Below are positions 54,914 to 63,528 of a stretch of DNA of 64,000 nt, piece after piece. Position 1 is the first letter of the stretch. The number at the start of each line of letters is the position of its first letter. The position numbers and the translations under genes are program-made. The notes beneath the pieces were generated by a model. It worked only from the letters and a program-made list of their open reading frames with translations, was not told where the DNA came from and did not search any database. Source of the DNA: Eubacteriales bacterium (lineage in GTDB: Bacteria > Bacillota > Clostridia > Lachnospirales > Lachnospiraceae); NCBI GenBank assembly GCA_030533385.1, contig JAUNJG010000007.1:638-64637 (forward strand). The letters are read 5' to 3'.

Positions 54914-57187
54914 ATGAATGAAAAAAGATTAAATAAAAAATTATTTCGCAGCATCGTCATCTGCCTGGGAATCGCCGCAACCATTCTTATGGTCTGGTTT
55001 GGCGTACTTTCTATGATGAATGACTCGCTGAATGAGATGATGTCAGAGCAGATGGAGACGGAGGCCAGAGAGTACAGGAGACGGATTACGAGGCAGATTG
55101 ATAAGGATTTCCAGACACTTCACACCTTGTCCGCCTTTTTTACCTGCGAGGACGTCACGAAGAGCGATGATTTTGATGACAGTTTATGCAGGGCAAATCA
55201 AAATAACAATTTTATCGGAATGGCCTATTTTGGCATGGATGGGACAGGGACGATGGTTCAAAAAGAAAATGGCATGAAAACCCAGATGGATTATCGGGAA
55301 CTGAATGAAATGGTGCAGGGGATCATGGAGAAGGCGTACCGGGGAGAGCCGGCGCTCTCCGATTTATTTGACAGCACCATAGTCTCGGACAGGATCTTCG
55401 TCTACGCCCTTCCTGTCTTTGACGAGCAGAAAAACGTTATGGGCGTGCTGTCTGCCGGGAATAACGTGGAAACTTTCGAGGAAGTTTTGGCCAGTGACCG
55501 GGTGATAAACGGGACCGGATCGGTCAGCCTGGTAAATGAGGAGGGAGAGGTTTTGCTGTCGTTGTCCGAGAACGACGATCCGGACATTGTGAAGGAGCTG
55601 TTTGAGTCCTCTCTGGATGAGGAGGAGGAGCAAAAAGATGCGGAGAGTCTCTTGGGAACTGTGAGGAAAGAGGAGGGGATTTACACGCATCTGGATTGCG
55701 GAAAAAGAGAGTATCATGTGTATCTCACTCCGGTGAAGGTGAATGGCTGGTATGTCATGTGCATCAACAGCCGGGGACATGGGAACTATGTGGCTAATCA
55801 GATGGTCAATACCCTGGGAAGCGTTTTTCTCATGCTGCTGGTGCTGATTTTGTCACTGCTCATATGCATTTGTCATATGATTGCAAAGAACAATAAAAAT
55901 CTCACTGAACTGGCCTATCAGGACGCCCTGACCGGCGCAGATAATCTGCTCCGTTTTCAGGGAAATCTAACCGCCGTCAGAAAGATGGAAAACCAATTTT
56001 GTCTGGTTATTTTAAATGTTCACCAGTTTAAATTTGTAAATGAAATCTTCGGAGTAAAAGAAGCCAATCGCTTTTTGTGTAATATCGCAGGAGGGATTGA
56101 GGAGCATCTGGGAGAAGAAGAGTTTTTCTGTCGGGAAAGCGGAGATAACTTTTATCTGTATTTAAAGGAAGACGACGAGAGGGTGATTCGTGACAGAATT
56201 GAGGCGTTGATGGATGACATCTGCATCACGATGGTAGACGAGAAGGTGGATTATCAGATTTTGCTTTATGCCGGTGCCGTTTTGTATGACGAAAGAGACG
56301 GCGTTCTCTCCAATGAATTGTTGATTACCCGCGCCCGCTTTGCCACCAAGTATTGCAAGATGCTGCCCGGTGAGTTTCTCCATTTCTATGACGAGGAGAT
56401 TCACAAGAGCGAGGAGATGGAAAACTATGTGGAAACCCATATGCATCAGGCTCTGGAGCGGGAAGAGTTTCAACTGTTTTTGCAGCCGAAGATGGACTTG
56501 GAAGACGGAAGCCTGGGCGGAGCGGAGGCCCTTGTGCGCTGGGTACCTGAAGACAGAGACATCATATATCCGGGGGCATTTATTCCTCAGTTTGAAAGAA
56601 ATGGTTTTTGTGTTCAGCTTGACATGTACATGGCCGAGATGGTCTTTAAGCAGATTCGAGCCTGGATGGACGAGGGCATTTCTCCGATTCCCATCTCCGT
56701 CAATCAGTCCAAGCTGATGTTTTTCGATGCTCACTACATCCGCTTTATGGCGGATTTGGTGGAAAAATATCAGGTTCCGGCGAACCTGATTACGCTGGAG
56801 ATTCTGGAAGGACTGGCGCTGGAGCATGCAAAAGAGCTGAATCGGAAGCTGGAGCGCCTCAGAGAGATGGGATTTAGAATTTCCATGGATGATTTCGGAA
56901 GTGGTTATGCCTCCTTTAACACGCTGGCAAACTTGGAAATTGATGAGTTGAAACTGGATCGTTCCTTCCTTCTGGAAATGTCGGAAGAAAAAGGAGGCCG
57001 CTATGCGCGCATCATGGGCAACATCATCAATCTGGCAAAAAGCATGGGCATTGTTACGGTGACGGAAGGCGTGGAGAGGGCGGAAGACGAGGAACTGATT
57101 CGCAATCTCGGCTGCGATTATGGCCAGGGCTTTTTGTACAGCAAGCCAATCTCGGCAGAAGAATTTACAAGAAGATATATGCGTTAG
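54914..57187 (+). CDS. c-di-GMP phosphodiesterase with a Cache-like extracytoplasmic sensor, a degenerate GGDEF domain and an intact EAL domain
   Basis: Two TM segments flank a periplasmic region of about 270 aa. The GGDEF site reads SGDNF. The EAL domain is intact (GAEALVRW, DDFGSGYAS, ELKLDRSF, EGVE, GQGFLYSKP). Confidence 0.8.
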   Translation: MNEKRLNKKLFRSIVICLGIAATILMVWFGVLSMMNDSLNEMMSEQMETEAREYRRRITRQIDKDFQTLHTLSAFFTCEDVTKSDDFDDSLCRANQNNNFIGMAYFGMDGTGTMVQKENGMKTQMDYRELNEMVQGIMEKAYRGEPALSDLFDSTIVSDRIFVYALPVFDEQKNVMGVLSAGNNVETFEEVLASDRVINGTGSVSLVNEEGEVLLSLSENDDPDIVKELFESSLDEEEEQKDAESLLGTVRKEEGIYTHLDCGKREYHVYLTPVKVNGWYVMCINSRGHGNYVANQMVNTLGSVFLMLLVLILSLLICICHMIAKNNKNLTELAYQDALTGADNLLRFQGNLTAVRKMENQFCLVILNVHQFKFVNEIFGVKEANRFLCNIAGGIEEHLGEEEFFCRESGDNFYLYLKEDDERVIRDRIEALMDDICITMVDEKVDYQILLYAGAVLYDERDGVLSNELLITRARFATKYCKMLPGEFLHFYDEEIHKSEEMENYVETHMHQALEREEFQLFLQPKMDLEDGSLGGAEALVRWVPEDRDIIYPGAFIPQFERNGFCVQLDMYMAEMVFKQIRAWMDEGISPIPISVNQSKLMFFDAHYIRFMADLVEKYQVPANLITLEILEGLALEHAKELNRKLERLREMGFRISMDDFGSGYASFNTLANLEIDELKLDRSFLLEMSEEKGGRYARIMGNIINLAKSMGIVTVTEGVERAEDEELIRNLGCDYGQGFLYSKPISAEEFTRRYMR

Positions 57188-57471
57188 AGGTTCAGACTTC
57201 CGTCTTGGCCAGAGGAATCCTGTTGGCGGGAGAGGCTGGCGCAAGGCGGAAGAATGAGCGCTTCCCTCATGAGAAAAGAGGATGCAAGGCGGGGAAGTCC
57301 CCAAAATTTCATTGCGGATATTTTACATAAATTTTAATAAAAAATCCTGAATTTTACATAATAATACAAAAAAATCTCGTCAGTATAAAAAATCTATATA
57401 ATATAAGTAAAAAATGACAAAAAAATACTATAATTTTATATATTATTGATAAAAAAGATGAAAAAAAAGAG

Positions 57472-57500
57472 TTGAGATTCTCTGCAAAAATTTATATAAT
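57472..57500 (+). promoter_or_regulatory. Near-consensus sigma-A promoter far upstream of the third c-di-GMP gene
   Basis: TTGAGA (57472-57477), exactly 17-nt spacer, TATAAT (57495-57500), within an extremely AT-rich tract. Confidence 0.5.
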
Positions 57501-57960
57501 AAATGAGTATAATGCCGCAGACAAATTCGGTAGGATGCGCCTGAGGTTTTTTCTTTTCTGTCAACGAAAACGGGGACGAGTGTTTCACGGTACCCGCTTT
57601 TGTCTTTTGGATGAAATCATATCTATATGTTTATTATTTAATTCCTTCACTTCGTCATGGGGAATGTCAGCAAAATATAATGTATCGGTATACCGGAGAG
57701 AAAAAAGCAGAAGGCTGTATCAAGAATGTGGTGTGATATATCAATATATGAGAAGGCTGCAATTGAAGGGCGCCCCGGCGTTCTTGCGGCGGCGCACCGG
57801 CCGACGGAGACTGGCATCACAGGAAGCTGTGCGCCTGTCATCCGCCTAAGAATGGTTTCTCAGCCGGAGACCGCATGCTTGCTGGGATGAATCGGAGCGT
57901 CTCACCATGAATGAGAGTGGAAGTCTTCTCCGACGAGATAAAATCAGAGGTTTTTTGAGT

Positions 57961-60189
57961 ATGGAAAAAGTTTTTAGACAGGAGTTCCGGCTGGGAGTAA
58001 AGTCTATATTTACTATGATATTGACGCTGGCGGTTTTTCTTGTGCTTTCTGTGTATGTATTTCAGTGGCTTCACGAAAATATCAGAGAAGTGGTGCGGGA
58101 AGAGGACAGGAAAAATATCACAAACATCAGCGAGCTGAATTCGGATGCCGTATATCGTGAGCTGTCCAATCGACAGATTTTGTTGCAGTCTATGGCGGAC
58201 AGTCTGTCAGACAGAGAAGAATATGACGTGAAAAACATCCTGAAAAAAATGAGGCGGTATGCGGAAAATTATAATTTTTATAACATGGGCGTGCTGACGG
58301 AAGACGGCGTACTGTATACTACTTCAGGAGAGGTCGTGGACGTGTCGGAAGGAGACACTCCTTACAAGGATGCGATGAGTGGCAGGGCGATTATTTCCAA
58401 GAGCTTTCTTCCGACGGACGGAGGAAATCGGATGGTGAATTTGCTGACGGAACCGGTGTATGATGGAGGCAGGCTGATGTTCATCCTGACCGGAACCTAC
58501 CGCTCTGCTGATTTGGCGCAGACATTGAATATCAGTGCGCTGGATGGCAAAGGATTCAGTTTTTTGATTGACGCAGAAGGGCGGGCGGTCATTTATCCCC
58601 GAAAGTCGGAGAATGAATTATATCTGCGGCTGTTGAAGTTTGTCAACAATTCTGAGGATATCCTGCCCTCAAAAGGAGGAGCAAGAGATACGGGATTTCG
58701 CTTTGAAGAAGAAAACTACTATGCCCACTTTGAAAAGATAGCCATCAACGACTGGTATCTGATGACCTGTGCGAAGGAGGAGGACGTATTTAGCGGAGCC
58801 GGGATTATTTTGGACAGAGTGAGATCCAGCATGGTGTTTATCTGGGTGCAGGTGTGGTTGGCCATCGTCGGCATCGTCTATGTATACATACGTTTTCAGG
58901 GAAAGGCGGAGAGAGTCGTCTTTGAAGACAAGCTGTTGAGAGGAAAGAATTTTGAATATTTAAGGATTTATTTTGGACAGATTCCTGAGGAAGAAAGAGT
59001 GAGAATGGCCTTTTTTGTGCTGGATGTCGATAAATTTAAAGAGTTTAATTTTATCTATGGCAGCAAAAAGGGGGACTATCTGCTGAAATACATTTACAAA
59101 ACTTTCAAAAAGATTCTTCCGGAAGATCAGATTTATCGCTACACGGCGGACCAATTTGCCGGTCTTTTGTATTGCGGGAATGTGAGAGGGGCAGAAAAAA
59201 AGGTACGAGTTTTACTGGACCACGCCTCGGATGATATCAGGCAGGGCTCTATCCAGCCTTTCGTGCTTTCCATAGGAATCTGCATGTTGAAAGACTATGA
59301 CGATATTCGCACCGTTTACAGCGATGCCATGATTGCAAAGAATACAGTAAAAGGAAATCATGTACAAAAATATGCATTTTATGATGAGTGCATGAGAAGA
59401 GAACGACTAAAATATATGTCTATGGAATCTGCTTTCCAGGAGGCGGTGGCCAACGGGGAATTTCAGGTATATTATCAGCCTAAGTTCGATATGAGAACCG
59501 GAGAGATGATTGGAGCCGAGGCGCTGGCCCGGTGGAAAAAGCCGGACGGCACGATGATTTCTCCTTCGGAATTTGTGCCGTGCTTTGAGGCGAACGGACA
59601 GATTATTCTTTTGGATGAGCTGATGCTTGAAAATGTCTGTCGCCAGATGGATCAGATGAAGAAAGAGGGGCTTCCGATTTTGCAGGTTTCCGTCAATTTA
59701 TCCAGGGTACAGCTAAAGTATCCCGGAATCTCTCAAAAAATATCTTATATGATGCAGAGTATGCATATCGATCCGAATATGCTGGCCATCGAGATTACAG
59801 AAAGTGCATTGTATGATGATACCATTCCACTGAAACAAATCGTAGGTAATCTTCATGATCTGGGGTGTCAGGTCAATATGGATGATTACGGTACGGGTAT
59901 TTCCAGTCTGAGCGCTTTGGCGAACATTTCTTTTGACGTCATAAAACTGGACAAATCATTCATTGATAAAATTGGAAACAAAAAAATGGAAGAAGTCATT
60001 CGCTCCAGCATCAGGTTGTCCGCAGATTTGGGGATAGAGATGATTGCAGAAGGAGTGGAAGAAAAGAAACAGATAGACTGGCTGATAAAAAATGGGTGCA
60101 ATTACGCCCAGGGCTTTTATTATTCCATGCCTGTGTCAGGGGCCGAGTACCGGAGACTTTTGAGAAGGTGTGAGAAACGGTCTTCATGA
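57961..60189 (+). CDS. c-di-GMP phosphodiesterase with a Cache-like extracytoplasmic sensor, a degenerate GGDEF domain and an intact EAL domain
   Basis: The architecture is the same as the preceding gene. The GGDEF site reads ADQFA. The EAL domain is intact (GAEALARW, DDYGTGISS, VIKLDKSF, EGVE, AQGFYYSMP). An alternative start is at 57907. Confidence 0.8.
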   Translation: MEKVFRQEFRLGVKSIFTMILTLAVFLVLSVYVFQWLHENIREVVREEDRKNITNISELNSDAVYRELSNRQILLQSMADSLSDREEYDVKNILKKMRRYAENYNFYNMGVLTEDGVLYTTSGEVVDVSEGDTPYKDAMSGRAIISKSFLPTDGGNRMVNLLTEPVYDGGRLMFILTGTYRSADLAQTLNISALDGKGFSFLIDAEGRAVIYPRKSENELYLRLLKFVNNSEDILPSKGGARDTGFRFEEENYYAHFEKIAINDWYLMTCAKEEDVFSGAGIILDRVRSSMVFIWVQVWLAIVGIVYVYIRFQGKAERVVFEDKLLRGKNFEYLRIYFGQIPEEERVRMAFFVLDVDKFKEFNFIYGSKKGDYLLKYIYKTFKKILPEDQIYRYTADQFAGLLYCGNVRGAEKKVRVLLDHASDDIRQGSIQPFVLSIGICMLKDYDDIRTVYSDAMIAKNTVKGNHVQKYAFYDECMRRERLKYMSMESAFQEAVANGEFQVYYQPKFDMRTGEMIGAEALARWKKPDGTMISPSEFVPCFEANGQIILLDELMLENVCRQMDQMKKEGLPILQVSVNLSRVQLKYPGISQKISYMMQSMHIDPNMLAIEITESALYDDTIPLKQIVGNLHDLGCQVNMDDYGTGISSLSALANISFDVIKLDKSFIDKIGNKKMEEVIRSSIRLSADLGIEMIAEGVEEKKQIDWLIKNGCNYAQGFYYSMPVSGAEYRRLLRRCEKRSS

Positions 60190-60205
60190 TCAAGAAAAAT
60201 AGTTC

Positions 60206-60234
60206 TTGTATTCGAGGAGGTTTTGTATTATACT
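60206..60234 (+). promoter_or_regulatory. Sigma-A-type promoter for the thiamine-regulated operon
   Basis: TTGTAT (60206-60211), 17-nt spacer, TATACT (60229-60234). Confidence 0.45.
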
Positions 60235-60249
60235 CTGGATAGTTGGATA

Positions 60250-60345
60250 GTAGTAATCAGGGGAGCTGAATGTGAGATGCTGAGAGTAAGGTAGACCTTA
60301 GACCCTTAAACCTGTTGGATAATGCCAGTGTAGGGAGTATTTATG
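60250..60345 (+). promoter_or_regulatory. TPP (THI-box) riboswitch aptamer
   Basis: The conserved THI-element blocks appear in the correct order: AGGGGAGC ... CTGAGAG ... ACCCTTAAACCTGTTGGATAATGCCAGTGTAGGGAG. It is followed by an intrinsic terminator and thiamine-related transport genes. Confidence 0.85.
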
Positions 60346-60366
60346 GAATCTGTTGTATGGAACCGG

Positions 60367-60395
60367 AGCGTCTGCATTGTGCAGGCGCTTTTTTT
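60367..60395 (+). terminator. Riboswitch expression-platform terminator
   Basis: AGCGTCTGCA (60367-60376) pairs with TGCAGGCGCT (60380-60389), followed by a T-run reaching 60395. Confidence 0.8.
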
Positions 60396-60481
60396 AGTGT
60401 GACGGACACACGGTGAGCAGGCTATGCCCGCATGGGAAAGCGCTTTGCCATGTGGAAGGACACAGACGGAAAGGAGAAGCT

Positions 60482-60778
60482 ATGAACGCAAGTGTTGCAA
60501 TTCAGGTTCTGCCGAGTGTGCAGGAGGAGGAAGAAGTGATTCGCATTGTGGATGAGGTAATTGACTACATCAAGTCCACGGGATACCACTATTATGTGGG
60601 ACCCAGCGAGACATCGATAGAGGGGGATTATGACGCCCTGATGGAAATCGTAAAAAATTGCCAGCTTGTGGCGGCAAAGGCAGGGTGTACTGCCATGAAC
60701 ACTTATGTAAAAATATCATTCAAATCAGAAGGAGATGTGCTGAGCATTGACAAAAAGGTTACAAAGCATCACCAATAA
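60482..60778 (+). CDS. Small thiamine-binding protein (MTH1187/YkoF-like, UPF0045-type)
   Basis: 98 aa with SD AAAGGAGAAG. MNASVAIQVLPS...VIDYIKSTGYHYYVGPSETSIEGDYDALMEIV matches the MTH1187/YkoF-like ferredoxin-fold family. It is the first gene after the TPP riboswitch. Confidence 0.7.
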   Translation: MNASVAIQVLPSVQEEEEVIRIVDEVIDYIKSTGYHYYVGPSETSIEGDYDALMEIVKNCQLVAAKAGCTAMNTYVKISFKSEGDVLSIDKKVTKHHQ

Positions 60779-61532
60779 CATTCCGGCGGTTGTGGCATTT
60801 GGTCTGGTACTGCTTTTGTGGGAGTTCCTGTGCGGGGCTAATATCGTGCCGGGGTACATGCTTCCTTCTCCGGCGGACGTGATGAAGGCGTTGGTGGGAG
60901 ATTTCCCGCTGATTTTGCAGCATGCCCGCATTACCTTGCAGGAAGCCTTTTACGGCCTGTTTGTCGGGATTGGACTGGCCTTTTTTGCCGCGACGCTGAT
61001 GGATCGCTTTTTGATATTACACAGGGCGCTGTATCCTCTCATGATTATTACCCAGACGATTCCGACTATTGCGATTGCGCCGGTGCTCGTCCTTTGGATG
61101 GGATTTGGCATGGCACCCAAAATCACCCTCGTGGTAATCACCACCTTTTTCCCCATCACGGTCGGACTGCTGGATGGATATCAAAGTGTGGACAAAGATT
61201 CGGTTGATTTGATGCGGGCCATGGGAGCGACGAGAGTGCAGATTTTCAGGCATGTTAAATTTCCGGCGGCGCTGCCCCACTTTTTTGGAGGATTAAAAAT
61301 CTCTGCGTCCTATGCCGTGGTGGGAGCGGTAATCTCAGAGTGGCTGGGCGGCTTTCAGGGACTGGGCGTCTATATGACGAGAGTAAAAAAGGCGTATGCG
61401 TTTGACAAGATGTTTGCGGTGATTATTTTCATCGTGGTCATCAGTCTTTTGCTGATGGCGCTGGTGAACGTAATCCGGAGAGTCTCTATGCCGTGGATGG
61501 CGGTGGAGAAGAAAGAAACGATTCAGCCGTGA
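60747..61532 (+). CDS. thiX: ABC transporter permease (NitT/TauT-type, ThiX-like HMP/pyrimidine-precursor uptake)
   Basis: About 6 TM segments are present, with an EAA-like loop (DLMRAMGATRVQIFRHVKFPAALPHF). The start codon is uncertain. The longest frame begins at the TTG at 60747 and overlaps the upstream gene. Confidence 0.75.
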   Translation: MTKRLQSITNNIPAVVAFGLVLLLWEFLCGANIVPGYMLPSPADVMKALVGDFPLILQHARITLQEAFYGLFVGIGLAFFAATLMDRFLILHRALYPLMIITQTIPTIAIAPVLVLWMGFGMAPKITLVVITTFFPITVGLLDGYQSVDKDSVDLMRAMGATRVQIFRHVKFPAALPHFFGGLKISASYAVVGAVISEWLGGFQGLGVYMTRVKKAYAFDKMFAVIIFIVVISLLLMALVNVIRRVSMPWMAVEKKETIQP

Positions 61533-61685
61533 CCATTTGGGTTTGCAGCCGGCGCAGCGGATCCTTTGGTTCGGGGGAAAGGCCCTGTGCTGAGAGTGGA
61601 CATTCTTTTTTGCAGGCGCACCTGCGTCGGATGTCGTCTGGTATCAGGCACATACCTGAATCGTTATAGAAGAAAGGAGAAGAAA

Positions 61686-62720
61686 ATGTTTGATAAAAAA
61701 AGATGGATGGCGGCGGCCGTGAGCGCTGCGATGGCGGTGGGGCTTGTCGGCTGCGCTTCCCCGGTCAAAGAGGCCGGTTCCACGGAGGCGGGACAGGACG
61801 GGGAGATGACAAAAATTACATTCTGCCTGGACTGGACGCCAAACACCAATCATACGGGAATCTATGTGGCTGATGCGCTGGGATATTATGCGGACGCAGG
61901 GCTGGATGTGGAGATTGTGCAGCCGCCGGAGAACGGGGCGGCCACCATGTGTGCAGCAGGGCAGGCCCAGTTTGCCGTGGAGGCCCAGGATACTATGGCG
62001 GCGGCTCTGGACTCTGAGGAGCCTTTGGGCATCACCGCCGTGGCGGCGTTGTTGCAGCACAATACTTCCGGCGTGATTTCCAGGGCGGGAGAAGGCATGG
62101 ACAGACCAAGGGGATTGGAAGGAAAGACTTATTCGACCTGGGACTCCCCGACGGAGCTTGCCACCTTAAAGACCGTGGTGGAAAATGACGGGGGAGATTT
62201 TGGAAAGGTAACATTGATTCCGAATGACATCACCGACGAGCCGGCGGCTCTGGAGGCGAAGCAGACCGATGCCATCTGGATTTTTTACGGATGGGGAGGC
62301 ATCAATGCAGAGCTTAGAGGCACGGACTTTGACTACTGGAATTTCAGAGATATCAACAGCGTGTTTGACTATTATACGCCGGTACTCATCGCCAACAATG
62401 AATTCTTAGAGGATTCGCCGGAGGTGGCGAAGGCCTTCCTGGCGGCGACCCGGCAGGGGTATGAGTATGCGGTGGAACATCCCGGGGAGGCGGCGGATAT
62501 GCTCATTGCGGGAGATAGCACAGGGTCTCTTGGCGGCTCTGAGGAGCTTGTGACAAAGAGTCAGGAATGGCTGTCTGCGGAATATATTTCCGACGGGGAA
62601 AAGTGGGGATATATCGACCCGGCCAGATGGGATGGATTTTATACATGGCTTTATGAAAACGGACTGACCGAGAGGGACCTGACCGGACTTGGTTATTCCG
62701 ATGCCTATCTTCCGGAATAG
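61686..62720 (+). CDS. thiY: ABC transporter substrate-binding lipoprotein (NMT1/THI5-like, ThiY-like)
   Basis: A lipobox is present (AVGLVGCASP). LDWTPNTNHTGIYVA is the NMT1/THI5-like signature. SD AAGGAGAAG precedes the start. Confidence 0.8.
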   Translation: MFDKKRWMAAAVSAAMAVGLVGCASPVKEAGSTEAGQDGEMTKITFCLDWTPNTNHTGIYVADALGYYADAGLDVEIVQPPENGAATMCAAGQAQFAVEAQDTMAAALDSEEPLGITAVAALLQHNTSGVISRAGEGMDRPRGLEGKTYSTWDSPTELATLKTVVENDGGDFGKVTLIPNDITDEPAALEAKQTDAIWIFYGWGGINAELRGTDFDYWNFRDINSVFDYYTPVLIANNEFLEDSPEVAKAFLAATRQGYEYAVEHPGEAADMLIAGDSTGSLGGSEELVTKSQEWLSAEYISDGEKWGYIDPARWDGFYTWLYENGLTERDLTGLGYSDAYLPE

Positions 62721-62726
62721 ACGGCC

Positions 62727-63461
62727 ATGCCATTGTTAAAAGCGGAAGGAATTACCAAGCGGTACGACGGAAGAACGATTATCAGGGACATCAACATCGT
62801 GCTGCATAAAGGGGAGCTGATTTCCCTTCTGGGAGTCAGCGGTTCCGGAAAAACCACCCTCTTTCACATTCTCTCCGGCCTGGTGGTGCCGGAGGAGGGG
62901 AGGGTGCTTCTGGGGGAGGAGGACATTACCGGGAAGCCGGGAAAAATCAGCTACATGATGCAAAAAGACCTCCTGCTTCCTCATAAAAAAATCATCGATA
63001 ATGTTTCTTTACCCTTGCTGTTAAAAGGTGTGCCAAAAAAGCAGGCAAGAGAGAAGGCGGAGAGTCTGTTTGGGGACTTTGGCCTGGAGGGGACGCAGTT
63101 TCAGTATCCGGCCCAACTGTCCGGCGGGATGCGGCAGCGGGCTGCACTCCTGCGCACCTATCTTTCCTCGGGAGGGGTGGCCCTTTTGGATGAGCCTTTT
63201 AGCGCCCTTGACACCATCACCAAGTCAGCCATCCACCGATGGTATCTTCAGGTGATGGAACGCATCGATTTATCCACCATTTTTATTACCCACGACATCG
63301 ACGAGGCAATTTTGCTCTCCGACAGAATCTATATCTTGAATGGGGTGCCGGGAGAGATTAAAGATGAGATCGTGATACGGGAAAAGAAACCGAGATTGGA
63401 AGATTTTTATCTGACAGAGGCATTTTTGTCCTACAAAAGAGAAATCAGAAAAAAATTGTAA
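62727..63461 (+). CDS. thiZ: ABC transporter ATP-binding protein (ThiZ-like)
   Basis: Walker A is GVSGSGKTT, the signature is LSGGMRQR and Walker B is LLDEPFSALD. Confidence 0.85.
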   Translation: MPLLKAEGITKRYDGRTIIRDINIVLHKGELISLLGVSGSGKTTLFHILSGLVVPEEGRVLLGEEDITGKPGKISYMMQKDLLLPHKKIIDNVSLPLLLKGVPKKQAREKAESLFGDFGLEGTQFQYPAQLSGGMRQRAALLRTYLSSGGVALLDEPFSALDTITKSAIHRWYLQVMERIDLSTIFITHDIDEAILLSDRIYILNGVPGEIKDEIVIREKKPRLEDFYLTEAFLSYKREIRKKL

Positions 63462-63476
63462 AGATTATAAAGAAAC

Positions 63477-63520
63477 AAAAGGCAGCCTGGCAGGGAGGGA
63501 ACCCCGCCAGGCTGCCTTTT
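63477..63520. terminator. Bidirectional terminator between thiZ and the convergent HAD gene
   Basis: A 15-bp stem, AAAAGGCAGCCTGGC (63477-63491) with GCCAGGCTGCCTTTT (63506-63520). Confidence 0.8.
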
Positions 63521-63528
63521 GTGTGCGC

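Noticed and set aside
56162-57304. A 380-aa minus-strand ORF antisense to the EAL domain gene.
   Set aside because: The plus strand carries intact EAL motifs (EALVRW, DDFGSGYAS, EGVE). The antisense ORF is a shadow frame.
57472-57849. A 125-aa plus-strand ORF in the AT-rich intergenic region.
   Set aside because: It starts inside the predicted promoter, has no SD, and has an Arg/Phe/Leu-rich composition with no recognisable domain.
57507-57960. A c-di-GMP-I or c-di-GMP-II riboswitch in the long leader of the third c-di-GMP gene.
   Set aside because: There is no GCAAA ... ACGCAAAGC arrangement for class I, and no convincing class II pseudoknot signature. Only a vague GCACCGGCCGAC resemblance is present. 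This needs a covariance-model scan rather than inspection by eye.
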